Below are positions 49,709 to 59,964 of a DNA stretch of 64,000 nt, piece after piece (position 1 is the stretch's first letter; each line of letters begins with the position of its first letter). Both the position numbers and the translations under genes were made by a program. This DNA comes from Arcobacteraceae bacterium (GTDB lineage: Bacteria > Campylobacterota > Campylobacteria > Campylobacterales > Arcobacteraceae), in NCBI GenBank assembly GCA_965224485.1, contig CBDCZH010000010.1, forward strand, positions 96,001 to 160,000. Direction: 5' to 3'. A model generated the notes under the pieces. That model was given only the letters and a program-made list of their open reading frames with translations. It did not search any database and was not told the origin of the DNA.

Positions 49709-52700
49709 CTACTTAAAAACATCATCACAAATTTTATACATTATTCCTATCTCGTAATCAAGTGCATTTTCTGTAAGTTTAGCTTTATTTCTACATTCTT
49801 CATTTTTTAACATAATTGGAATTCTTTTTTTATTGATTTTTTTTGCTTCATGTAAAATTAAAAGTTTTGTGTGGATTTCTTTTCGTTTTTGTGCCTTTTT
49901 ATCTTTAATACTAGTAGTATATTCATTAATTAGATTATTGATTTTATTTACTGTGATATTGATGTTTTCAGTTTTTGAGTTATCAATACTAATGGTTATA
50001 TTTCCATTATTATTTCCATTTAATACAACTCCTGTGTTATTATTTGATGGTGAATCTGATGGAATAAAATTAAATGCTACTCCAATTATTGTTGCTAAAG
50101 CCGCAACTATAGTTACTTTTTTAAACATAGACATATCATTCCATTTACTATTATTATTCTTTTTTTTCAATTTTTCATCCTTATCAAATATCTCCTTGTA
50201 ATAACTATTAAGTCGTATTTTATCTTTTTGTTGCTGGTTATATGCACTGTCTAATGTAAATTTTGCAATATCTGATAGTTTTGAATTGTTATTTTTACTT
50301 AAATTTTTTAGTAAATTTATATATTGGCTAGTTTCTCCAAAGATTGTCCAAAGATTATTAAAAAAACTACTCATATTACTATATGCAGAATATTTAATTA
50401 AACCATTTTCATGTTCGTATTCTTTAAAAAATTCATAATAATCATTTATAATTATAATTAAGAAATCTTGATTAAATTCTTCAATAGTATTTGTATTTGT
50501 ATTTTTAATTGACAAAATAAGATTAATTAGTAAATTGATTTTTTTTGGACTAATTAATGGATTATTATATTTATGTTCATGATTTTTTTCTTTTTTGAAG
50601 AAACTTTTAATGGTTAGATAGCAAGATTTTTTTATGTACTTCTTTTCTTTTATATATAATTTCATATAATTATCAATTGTATTTTGCGTATCCATTGTTA
50701 ATAAAGATGTTAAATATTCAGATGAACTATAATCATCTTTAATCATAAGATTTTGAATGAAATCATAATTACTATTATTTAACTTTAGAATATTTAAAAG
50801 ATTAACTAATTCATAGGATTCTATTATGATAAAAACATTCGAGTCAAAAGTTAGTATTAACTGAATTAGTTTATATAATTTTTGACTATTAAACTTATTT
50901 AATTTTTCTATAATAGTTATAAAATTTTGAAAATTAATTATCTTTTTATTTTTACTTTGTTCCAATGAAAGACTTATTGTTTCAATAAATAATTCAATAA
51001 AGTAATCAAAATGATTTTCAACTAAATTAATAAAAAAAGCTTCATCCATTTTTGAATATCTAAATACATGCCAAAATAGTTTTTCAAAATTTTCACTTGA
51101 ATTTATATATTGTAATAAATCATGTGTAGTAATATTTTTAAAAAATAGAATATATAATGGTGTTAAATTTAATGTCATAGAAGTAGAATTAACATCATCT
51201 TTAAGTTTTAAATAGCTTGTGTCATTATTGAAGTCTTGAAGAATAAATTTAAAAAACTTAGATTTTTTATCATCCTTAAATAATATATCAATTTTTCCTT
51301 CATTTTCTTCTCTATATAATTCTTCACAATAAAAAACATTGTAAAAATCTTGTTTAGTTGTTAATGATTGTAAGCTATTTTCACATAAATTAGCTTTATT
51401 TTGTTTTTGTTGTTTTCTACTTTGGTAGTTTTCATATTTTTCTACTTCTTTTTGAACATCATTTTCATGTTTCTTTTGTTGTTCTTTTTGTTTTTCCCAG
51501 AGCTTATTCATATATATTTCAAAATCATTATTTACCATTAGATATTTGTTAATACTTTCATTTAACCTCAAACGTACATAGTATTTAACATATTTTTTTA
51601 TAGGATATATTTTAGAAACTTTTTTTATATCCTTTAGCGAGGGTTGAAGTAATGGCATTAAATCACTTGCTCTATGCTCATTATCAATATCTAATTGAAA
51701 ATAAAATTCCCAAAAATTATCTGAAATTCTTTCAAAATCAAAGGGCATATCTTCTATATCGTGGCTAACTATATATAGGTAAATTTTCGGTTTGGACAAA
51801 TAGTCAAAAATTAAACTAATTACTTCTTTTGAGTTATAGTGAAGTAATAATCCATATATAGCCCAAAGACTGATTTTATTATTCACTTCTTTAGTCTTTA
51901 TATACTCAAACCATTTTAAACTATCTTCTTGTTTTAAATATGGCACTATGTATTTCAAATCTCTATATGGAATGGAGTTTAATAATGGCAATAGTTCTTC
52001 AAAATCATAGTCTGTGTAATTACAACTTACATCTTTTTTTCTTCCATATCTATTCGTGTATGTGATTCCATAAATAGATTCAAAAAGTTTTGTTTCAAAA
52101 TTAAGCATTGAGATATTTTCTATATTTGTATTTAATAAATGATTCTTTTTTATAAAATCGTATAATCTAGTACTTATATTATAGTTATCAACAAACGAAT
52201 ATTCAAGAAGCTTTCTAGTTTTTATGTTTCCTTTTATTTCATTTTCAGATATTCTATCTTCGTCAGTAAATACCTTTTTTTCTTGATTTTTTGGCAATTG
52301 GTTATACTTATCTAAAATTTCAAATATTTCATTTTCTAATTCAACAGTGTAATTGTAGTTTAAAAGTTTTATTAGGTAAGGAAATAACACATTATCAACA
52401 TTGTTTATATCAACTTTATCTCGTACTATAAGGTGAATATCTTTTAACATTTTAAAATTTAGAAGTGAATTATTATTAAAATATTTCCATTTTCCATAAA
52501 TAATTGACTTTTCATGTTGTAAATTATATAGCATCGTAGATAATAGTTTCTCTTGTTGCTCTTTATTTAAGTTAGGATGTCTTTTAAAAATCAAAGGGTC
52601 AAATTTCACAATATCATTAAAAAAATCACTTTTAAAATTTGTTAGGTAAACAATTACTTCTTCGAATGCTTCATAAAATTTCATTTCATGAGAAAATAAT

Positions 52701-53674
52701 TCTTTAATTTGTTTTAAATCTGTATTTTTTTTATTTATAAAATAAGCCATTAAAAATTCTTTAATTGAATCATGAAAAAAACTAAAATCAGTTCCTTCTT
52801 TTTTAAATAAAGAAGAATTAACTAATATGTGTAAGTCATCAATTGTAATTTTCTCATTATTTATAATATATAGTTCATCAGATAATTTACTAAATTTTTT
52901 AGTTGATATGGTAGTTTTTTTATTGAACATCATATAAGCAGCTAAAGAAGAAGCTTTATCTAAAAATTCAGTTCTTAATTTTTTTGGAGGTAATAATTCA
53001 TCTCTTCCTTCACCTTTTACAGATAAATGCTCTTTAATAATATCAATATATATATCCGTATAATTAATAGTTTGAGTCCTATATTTATTATAATTGTCAA
53101 TAATATTTAGAATAACAAGTATATTTTTTAATAAGAAATTTAAATAATTGGTTGAAATAAAATTCCAAAACTCTACAGTATTAATTCCTTTATCCTTTAA
53201 TAAAATATTAATTTGCTTTTTTTCTAAATCTTTTATTTCATAAACTTTTAATGAATTGTCAATTACTTTTAATTTTTTTGAAAAGTGTTCATTCCACTCA
53301 AGTTGTCGACATGTAATTACAAATTTAATTTTTGGATTAATTCTTTTGCATTCCCCAATATAGCTACTTAATTTTTCTTGGAGTTCTTTCATAGTGACTG
53401 AAGAATGATTTCTTAAAGCTTCATCAATAGAGTCCAAAAAAATAATATCAATTTTACTTATATTTATTTCTTTAAGATTTACGGTAACTAAGTCTTGACA
53501 AATAATATTTTCTTTTTCTTCAGAATAAAATTCTAGTTGATGAGTTTTTCCTGATGCAGGTTCACCTAAGATTATAGATATATCATTTTTTAATATGCTA
53601 GGAAAATCGCAACTATCTGTATTATCTATATCTTTATATTTTCTTTTTATAAAATTCTCTATTTTTTTATTCAA
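49709..53674 (-). CDS. STAND/NACHT-like NTPase with long helical region and C-terminal TM segment
   Basis: IILGEPASGKT, IIFLDSIDEA, FVITCR, FSFFHDSIKEFLMAYFI winged-helix motif; TM VTIVAALATIIGVAFNFI near the C-terminus. Confidence 0.85.
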   Translation of the reverse strand: MNKKIENFIKRKYKDIDNTDSCDFPSILKNDISIILGEPASGKTHQLEFYSEEKENIICQDLVTVNLKEINISKIDIIFLDSIDEALRNHSSVTMKELQEKLSSYIGECKRINPKIKFVITCRQLEWNEHFSKKLKVIDNSLKVYEIKDLEKKQINILLKDKGINTVEFWNFISTNYLNFLLKNILVILNIIDNYNKYRTQTINYTDIYIDIIKEHLSVKGEGRDELLPPKKLRTEFLDKASSLAAYMMFNKKTTISTKKFSKLSDELYIINNEKITIDDLHILVNSSLFKKEGTDFSFFHDSIKEFLMAYFINKKNTDLKQIKELFSHEMKFYEAFEEVIVYLTNFKSDFFNDIVKFDPLIFKRHPNLNKEQQEKLLSTMLYNLQHEKSIIYGKWKYFNNNSLLNFKMLKDIHLIVRDKVDINNVDNVLFPYLIKLLNYNYTVELENEIFEILDKYNQLPKNQEKKVFTDEDRISENEIKGNIKTRKLLEYSFVDNYNISTRLYDFIKKNHLLNTNIENISMLNFETKLFESIYGITYTNRYGRKKDVSCNYTDYDFEELLPLLNSIPYRDLKYIVPYLKQEDSLKWFEYIKTKEVNNKISLWAIYGLLLHYNSKEVISLIFDYLSKPKIYLYIVSHDIEDMPFDFERISDNFWEFYFQLDIDNEHRASDLMPLLQPSLKDIKKVSKIYPIKKYVKYYVRLRLNESINKYLMVNNDFEIYMNKLWEKQKEQQKKHENDVQKEVEKYENYQSRKQQKQNKANLCENSLQSLTTKQDFYNVFYCEELYREENEGKIDILFKDDKKSKFFKFILQDFNNDTSYLKLKDDVNSTSMTLNLTPLYILFFKNITTHDLLQYINSSENFEKLFWHVFRYSKMDEAFFINLVENHFDYFIELFIETISLSLEQSKNKKIINFQNFITIIEKLNKFNSQKLYKLIQLILTFDSNVFIIIESYELVNLLNILKLNNSNYDFIQNLMIKDDYSSSEYLTSLLTMDTQNTIDNYMKLYIKEKKYIKKSCYLTIKSFFKKEKNHEHKYNNPLISPKKINLLINLILSIKNTNTNTIEEFNQDFLIIIINDYYEFFKEYEHENGLIKYSAYSNMSSFFNNLWTIFGETSQYINLLKNLSKNNNSKLSDIAKFTLDSAYNQQQKDKIRLNSYYKEIFDKDEKLKKKNNNSKWNDMSMFKKVTIVAALATIIGVAFNFIPSDSPSNNNTGVVLNGNNNGNITISIDNSKTENINITVNKINNLINEYTTSIKDKKAQKRKEIHTKLLILHEAKKINKKRIPIMLKNEECRNKAKLTENALDYEIGIMYKICDDVFK

Positions 53675-53750
53675 TATAAAATCCTTTTATCTTGATGCGA
53701 TTATACACATATTTGTATGAATACTACTTCAATTAATGAAACCTTAAAAC

Positions 53751-54050
53751 GGACTAAATACTATTACTATATATAATATAAATATATAAGTAATAATAAT
53801 ACACAAGTCACGACAAATCAAAAATATTAAAACTAAAAAAGAAACTCCGTGCAATTTTCTTTAGTAGATTTGGGTGATAATAGACACTTTTTTAATTGGA
53901 CTAAATAGCGAATTGTCGTGCAAGTGAGCGATAGCGAACGCAGACTAAGATTAATTAGTGATTTTGGACTATGTTAATAAAAAATGGTGATTATAGACTA
54001 AATAGAATAAAGAAAATAGGAGTAGAGCGATAGCGACTTGAACCACTCGC
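53751..54050. other. Putative rolling-circle replication/transfer origin
   Basis: Long imperfect inverted repeat 53844-54023, two GAGCGATAGCGA motifs and GACTAAATA repeats, directly upstream of the Rep gene. Confidence 0.55.
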
Positions 54051-54176
54051 CCAAAATGCGGATAACAAATAGCTTTCAATAACATAAAGAAAAGAATTAA
54101 GAAATCTTTAAGAATTAAATTTAAATTAAAATTTTATCTAATATAATATCTAATATCAAAACAATAAAGGACTTAA

Positions 54177-56072
54177 ATGAGTAATAATCAATTTATCAAC
54201 AATTCATTAGACAAAGCAATAGAAAATTTAGAAAATAAATACAAAAAACACATGAATAGAGATAATAATATTAATTTACATGATTTAAAGAAAATTATTC
54301 AATTTGAGATTAATAACTTAAATATCAATATATCTGAAAAAACTAATAACTCACTTGTTGATTATTTAAATATCAAAATGTCTGAAAAATATATCGATTA
54401 TAAAAATGTTAATGAACTTGTTAAAGCTTTCGATAAATCATACATAGAACAATCAAAGAACCAATATAAGTATTTCATTGAAAATATCTTAAACGCTAGA
54501 TATAAAGCAGATAACAGAAGATTAATACATATGAATTCTGAAAACATGAAAAAAATACAAGATAATTTTGAAATAGATGAACGAACATTTATCTCAGATA
54601 GATTAGAATCAATAGCACAAGAACCTGATATCGATATTGAAAAATTTCAAGAATTATCAAAAGAACAATTAAACTATACCATTAAAAACGATATAGATTA
54701 TCTTAAAAATAGAGACAGAATAAAAGGTAATAAAATCTATACAAAAGCAAATTATCACGAATACAACAATAAAAATCGCACAGCATTATTTTTAACATTC
54801 ACATTAAATAAAGGTTTCAGAAAATATACCTTAAAAAAAGAATATCAAGATTCTAAACGTAGAAAAGAAGTAAAATGGGGCGATATGAAGTTCTTAGAAC
54901 TAAATAAATATCACAAAAACACACCAATTCTTGAATTACTTGATAAAGGATATAACGAATTAAATGCTAGATTAAAATATTTTAATAATAATATTCAAAA
55001 AGCTATAAGTAGACATAGAGAAAAAAACAATTCTCATGATAAAGATGAAACAATAACTAATATAACTGCTTTTGAATTTGTTAAAGCTGTACAGTTTCAT
55101 ACTCATTTAATTGTTTGGGTAAATGATGATGAAATTAAAATTGTAAAAGAACAATTCGAAAATTTTATGAACCATTACAATATGAATAAATACGAACGTA
55201 AAGCCCAAGATTTAACACAAATAAACCCCGAAAAAGGCTCTGCAACAACATATTTATTAAAATACATACTTAAACAAAATAAGGAAGGTGAAGCACTTGA
55301 TGGTATGTCACAAGATGAAATAGACTTTTATTCAAAATCTTCTAAATTTTTCGGAAAAAAATACAAAATGATTCGAATGTCTAAATTTAAAGAAAATAAA
55401 GAAGGAGAACGCTTAACACAAGACAAAGTTAATAAGATATACAGCTATCTTAAATCAAACTACAATGAGCTTATAGAGATGATTAACGAGCAATCTAAAA
55501 TACCTTTATACATAATATTAGAAAAATTTTACTTTGAAGGTATCTTTGAATTTATTGAAACAAAAAAGAAAAGAAATACAATAGATAAAAAAGCAATGAA
55601 AGAAGATTATCTTGAATTTTTAGCAAATTATAAAGATGATAATAAATCAGATATCTTAGATATGAACTCGACAATTAAAGAACTTAAATCTTCAATTAGA
55701 AGAAGACTTAAACAAAATCCAGAATCTGAAATCATATATGCAGAAAATATAATAAATCGTTTAAAAAATGAAATTAAATCTGCTGAATTTAGTAATCAAA
55801 ATGATAAAGAAAATAAAACTAAACTCCCAATTATCAGAAATTTAAAGAAATATGTTTCAGAAGAAGAATTCAAAGTAATAACATCTGCAACATTTATAAA
55901 AGATGAAAAAAAGATAAATAAAATATTATCTGACTTCAATATTAATTATGAAATAGACCTTTATTTAGAGTTAGACCCAAGTACAAAAGATAATTTCTTT
56001 TACGAAGATATGTTAATAATGAACTATGAACCAATTAATCACGCAATGTATACCCTTTTAACAGCTTTATAA
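54177..56072 (+). CDS. HUH-superfamily rolling-circle replication initiator (phage P2 gpA-like)
   Basis: Motif 1 LFLTFTL, motif 2 FHTHLIVW, motif 3 YLLKY in canonical Rep order. Confidence 0.8.
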   Translation: MSNNQFINNSLDKAIENLENKYKKHMNRDNNINLHDLKKIIQFEINNLNINISEKTNNSLVDYLNIKMSEKYIDYKNVNELVKAFDKSYIEQSKNQYKYFIENILNARYKADNRRLIHMNSENMKKIQDNFEIDERTFISDRLESIAQEPDIDIEKFQELSKEQLNYTIKNDIDYLKNRDRIKGNKIYTKANYHEYNNKNRTALFLTFTLNKGFRKYTLKKEYQDSKRRKEVKWGDMKFLELNKYHKNTPILELLDKGYNELNARLKYFNNNIQKAISRHREKNNSHDKDETITNITAFEFVKAVQFHTHLIVWVNDDEIKIVKEQFENFMNHYNMNKYERKAQDLTQINPEKGSATTYLLKYILKQNKEGEALDGMSQDEIDFYSKSSKFFGKKYKMIRMSKFKENKEGERLTQDKVNKIYSYLKSNYNELIEMINEQSKIPLYIILEKFYFEGIFEFIETKKKRNTIDKKAMKEDYLEFLANYKDDNKSDILDMNSTIKELKSSIRRRLKQNPESEIIYAENIINRLKNEIKSAEFSNQNDKENKTKLPIIRNLKKYVSEEEFKVITSATFIKDEKKINKILSDFNINYEIDLYLELDPSTKDNFFYEDMLIMNYEPINHAMYTLLTAL

Positions 56073-56140
56073 TACTTATTAGTAGTATATAAGTTCTTTA
56101 AAAAGTATTTTGGATAAAATATCATAATAAAGTAACTAGG

Positions 56141-56881
56141 ATGTTTATGTCTAAAAGAGAAAAAAAAATTAATAAAACTTTGTTGAGAATTGAGGCTTAT
56201 TTAAAAAATGAAACGAATAATAATGACAAAGTACTTGCCAAAAAAAAATTATTAGAGGATGAATTATTCAATGCAAAAGAATCTGAAACTCACGGAGCTT
56301 TTGTAGGAGGATGGTTAAATACTACATTAGAAAAAGATAAATCAATTTTAACATTATCTGCCGCAGGAATTGGAGTATTAGTTACATTTTCAAATTCAAT
56401 AAATACTAATGATTTAGTTTTATTCTTTAATTATATATTTGCATTGATGTTTTTTGTTATTGCGGTTATAACATCAATATATATATTTGGGATTAATGCA
56501 AAATATTTAATGAAGGTTATTCATAAAAAACCTACAAAAAGTATAGTTTGCTATGATTACTTACTATCATTTAGTTTTATCATGGGATTACTATTAACTA
56601 TTTCTCTTGCATTTTTGTTAATTTCCGAAAATACAAATACAAATACAAATACTATAAATATAAAGAATTTAGAAAGTAAATATATTGAGCTTTTAAAAAG
56701 AAAGATAAATAAAATTGAAAGGAGTAATGAAGTGAAAGAAAAGTCTAATGAAAGTAACTTGCGAAGTAAAGCACAAAAAGAAACTTACAAAAGTAGTGTA
56801 CCAATTAAAATGCAAGATAGAACCCATAACGATGCAGGGGGATTATTTCCTCCAAAAGATAAAGATAAAAAAGGAAAATAA
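56141..56881 (+). CDS. Hypothetical membrane protein (3 TM) with basic C-terminal tail
   Basis: DKSILTLSAAGIGVL and further TMs; tail ends THNDAGGLFPPKDKDKKGK. Confidence 0.75.
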   Translation: MFMSKREKKINKTLLRIEAYLKNETNNNDKVLAKKKLLEDELFNAKESETHGAFVGGWLNTTLEKDKSILTLSAAGIGVLVTFSNSINTNDLVLFFNYIFALMFFVIAVITSIYIFGINAKYLMKVIHKKPTKSIVCYDYLLSFSFIMGLLLTISLAFLLISENTNTNTNTINIKNLESKYIELLKRKINKIERSNEVKEKSNESNLRSKAQKETYKSSVPIKMQDRTHNDAGGLFPPKDKDKKGK

Positions 56882-57019
56882 ATGACCGAAAATGAGAGAG
56901 AAGAGATAATTAATGACAACCCAACAATAACTGATGATGGTGATGACAAAATAATAGAAACCCATGACGATGCAGGGGGATTATTTCCTGTAAAAGATGA
57001 TTCACCAGATGATGATTGA
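56882..57019 (+). CDS. Small acidic peptide (45 aa), missed by the ORF track
   Basis: MTENEREEIINDNPTITDDGDDKIIETHDDAGGLFPVKDDSPDDD; AAGGA RBS; shares a motif with the upstream protein tail. Confidence 0.7.
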   Translation: MTENEREEIINDNPTITDDGDDKIIETHDDAGGLFPVKDDSPDDD

Positions 57020-57293
57020 AAAATAAAGAGAAGCCTAAAAACTTCTCTATTCACCTAAAGTCATAAATATACTTAAAAAGAGAACATTTATTTAAAGATT
57101 AACAAAAAGTAAATATTATATTCGCTCATCAAATTTAATAAAAATCCTCAAAAAATCTAATATCAGTAGTTTACTTTTACCCTTAAATATTCTATCAATC
57201 CTTCCCTAATGTCTTTTGGAAAAGAATTCTTAAAATTAACTTAATTTATTTTTGAAACTATTATAATGATAGAAACAAAATAAAAGGCATACA

Positions 57294-57761
57294 ATGAAAA
57301 AAAATTTATTAATTACAGCACTATTTGCAATTACATCAATGACATTAAACTTATCCGCAAATGATAAATTTGAAACAATATACGTTAAAAATCAAGATTT
57401 AACGCAATACCTATACGAAATTAATAAAGGTGGTTCAATTAAACATTATCTTTTATCAAAACAAGAATTTGAAAAATTAAATGATTTAAAAAATTCTACA
57501 TATAGTGAAAGAGAACTTGAAAGAAAAAGAGCTATTGATTCAAACTTAGAACGTAAAATCAAAGTTCTATATGATATAAAAAACGCATTTCTTGGAGATG
57601 TCAAAGAAACTAATAAACTTTTAGAAATAATAAAAATTTTAAAAATTAAACAAAAACAAAATCGTAATGATATGACTATGATTTATAATAAAATTCCAAA
57701 TAATCTAACTTCAAAAATTGGAGTAGGACAAATAATAAGAGAAAATCATGAAAGAAACTAA
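57294..57761 (+). CDS. Hypothetical secreted protein
   Basis: Sec-type signal peptide MKKNLLITALFAITSMTLNLSA. Confidence 0.7.
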   Translation: MKKNLLITALFAITSMTLNLSANDKFETIYVKNQDLTQYLYEINKGGSIKHYLLSKQEFEKLNDLKNSTYSERELERKRAIDSNLERKIKVLYDIKNAFLGDVKETNKLLEIIKILKIKQKQNRNDMTMIYNKIPNNLTSKIGVGQIIRENHERN

Positions 57762-58032
57762 AGCATTAAAAACTAAATTAATTAATAGATTGATACAAAT
57801 ATCAAACTATCCTTTAAAAAATGGTGTTAGAAACGAAGATAATAAATCATATAAAGATTATGATTTAAAAACAAAAACAGATTTATTAAATTTAACAGTA
57901 AAAGAAATTAATGAATATAAAATTGTAGGATATTCAAGTACAGCGTATCAAGAACATTTTAAAATTTATATTCACAGAAAAAAAATTAATATATTTCCAA
58001 CAATTTTACATTTAATAAAAAGAAAGAATTAG
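57748..58032 (+). CDS. Hypothetical protein, paralogue of 58812-59132
   Basis: Shared K.YK...LKT.TDL..L..KEI..YK...YSS..Y.....IYIH. Confidence 0.7.
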   Translation: MKETKALKTKLINRLIQISNYPLKNGVRNEDNKSYKDYDLKTKTDLLNLTVKEINEYKIVGYSSTAYQEHFKIYIHRKKINIFPTILHLIKRKN

Positions 58033-58034
58033 TT

Positions 58035-58223
58035 ATGACAAGAGAAATTATAGAAGATATAGTATATTCAACGATAATAGAAGAGTTTAATATTAATGAA
58101 GAAGAAATAGATGAATTTATTGATTTATTTGATGAAAATGAATATCACTCATTAACTGAAAATCAAATAATATTAGAAACAGAAAGTTATTTCGATGAAT
58201 TATATTCAAAGAATTACATTTAA
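58035..58223 (+). CDS. Small acidic hypothetical protein
   Basis: 62 aa, very Glu/Asp-rich, coupled to the upstream gene. Confidence 0.6.
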   Translation: MTREIIEDIVYSTIIEEFNINEEEIDEFIDLFDENEYHSLTENQIILETESYFDELYSKNYI

Positions 58224-58569
58224 TAAAAAAGTGAAGCCTAAAAAACTTCTCACTCACTTAAAACTAAATAAAAAATCACAAACAAACTTAAAAACAGATA
58301 AAGAAATAGACATATTCACAAATTTAGCTTATGCATTCAAAAATTTAAGTTTATATTAAGATTAAATATGTAATTATATCCTTATCAAAAAATTATTTTT
58401 GATAATCGTTTCAACTTATCCTAATAACATTAAAAACAACCTCTCACCTCGACATTAATTTTTAGAGGATTCAAGTTCCATGTAGTTATTCAAGACACAG
58501 TTACAATAAACATAATATATATATGATTTAAGCTAACTCTGTTAACCAATACTCACAAGGTACACTCAC

Positions 58570-58809
58570 ATGAAAAAAATTCAAATAACAACAAATGAAA
58601 TCGTTTTAAAAGAAGAACTATATACATATGAAATTGAACTTACAGAAAATCAATTTACTGAACTTACAGAACTTCAAATAATTAATCCTTACGCAATATA
58701 TACATTCTTTCATAAAAACAACATACAAGAAAAACTAATAAAAAAAGAAGATTCTACTACGCTAGAAATCTATTCTGATAAAACTACTTTTGAAATTAAA
58801 GGAGCTTAA
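58570..58809 (+). CDS. Hypothetical protein
   Basis: 79 aa, AAGG RBS. Confidence 0.6.
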   Translation: MKKIQITTNEIVLKEELYTYEIELTENQFTELTELQIINPYAIYTFFHKNNIQEKLIKKEDSTTLEIYSDKTTFEIKGA

Positions 58810-58811
58810 TT

Positions 58812-59132
58812 ATGGATAGAATTTCATTAATAGAATCACTTAAAACTATATCAGAAATAAGAGTTCGTAATTACGCTAGAGGTGGTAAGAAAAATTATAA
58901 ATCTTTAGGATTAAAAACTCAAACAGATTTAATAAAACTATCTAACAAAGAAATCAGAAATTATAAAAGATGTGCTTATTCATCAAATAGTTATCATAAA
59001 AGATATGACATATATATTCATGAAAAAAATATATCATTAATATTAAAAACACATTTAATAAAACAAATCACATTAGATAACACTTGGCAAAAAATTGAAG
59101 ATTCATCCACTCTTGAAAAGAAAGGGGCTTAA
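58812..59132 (+). CDS. Hypothetical protein, paralogue of 57748-58032
   Basis: See paralogue; AAGGAG RBS. Confidence 0.7.
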   Translation: MDRISLIESLKTISEIRVRNYARGGKKNYKSLGLKTQTDLIKLSNKEIRNYKRCAYSSNSYHKRYDIYIHEKNISLILKTHLIKQITLDNTWQKIEDSSTLEKKGA

Positions 59133-59134
59133 TT

Positions 59135-59464
59135 ATGAAAAAAGTTCAAGATAAAAAATTTTTAAAATTTGTAAAAAATACAATCGATGATTTAATTAAA
59201 ACTCTTCCTTTAACAAACGAAATGATTATGTATTTAAAAGAAATTTATAATGAAAAAGAATTAACAATTATAAATGTTCAAAGCTTATATATTATTATTG
59301 AAACTAGAAAAGAAAATATGGAATATATAAAATCAATCCAAGATTTAGGAACTTTTAAAATTATCAATAAAGAACATAAATATATGGAGTCATTTATAAA
59401 TAAATATTTTAAGTATGAAAAATTATTATCAGGTTTAGAAACAATAAGTATTAAGGATATATGA
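59135..59464 (+). CDS. Hypothetical protein
   Basis: 109 aa, AAGGGG RBS, operonic. Confidence 0.65.
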   Translation: MKKVQDKKFLKFVKNTIDDLIKTLPLTNEMIMYLKEIYNEKELTIINVQSLYIIIETRKENMEYIKSIQDLGTFKIINKEHKYMESFINKYFKYEKLLSGLETISIKDI

Positions 59465-59964
59465 TGAATACAAACGATAGAAATAGTTATCAAGACATAA
59501 ACGAATTAGTAGAAATTATTTATAATGATAAGTATAATCACTATTTAATTAATAAAACAATATTTAAAGTTTTAGAAGTTTTAAAAAAAGAATTTAAAAA
59601 TAAAAAAATAAATCAATATAAAAAAATAAATTCTTTGTTAAAAATGTTTGAAACGAAAGAAATCAGAATGGGTTATTATAAAGAAGATTATAAAAATAGT
59701 TTTTACAATAGTTATATTGTTTTTTTTGTAAATGGCACAGAAAAAAAATTTTATTTTAAAGAAAGTTTTGAAGAAGAAAAGATTATAAATAATTCAGAAG
59801 AACTTAATAAAGAAGAAATTTTAAATCATTTAAAAAATAAAATTGAATTATTTAAAGAACTTGAAAAAATAGAAGAAAAATGTGATTTTTTAAAAGATAG
59901 TTATTATTATTGTTATCAAGAATTTTTTAATATAAATTACAAAGGTAAGTTATTAAGAATGTAA
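59461..59964 (+). CDS. Hypothetical protein
   Basis: 167 aa, ATGA overlap with the upstream gene. Confidence 0.65.
   Translation: MMNTNDRNSYQDINELVEIIYNDKYNHYLINKTIFKVLEVLKKEFKNKKINQYKKINSLLKMFETKEIRMGYYKEDYKNSFYNSYIVFFVNGTEKKFYFKESFEEEKIINNSEELNKEEILNHLKNKIELFKELEKIEEKCDFLKDSYYYCYQEFFNINYKGKLLRM

Noticed and set aside
56630..56653. (AATACA)n microsatellite in the membrane protein gene
   Set aside because: Hexamer unit is frame-neutral and only encodes an NTNTNTNT linker
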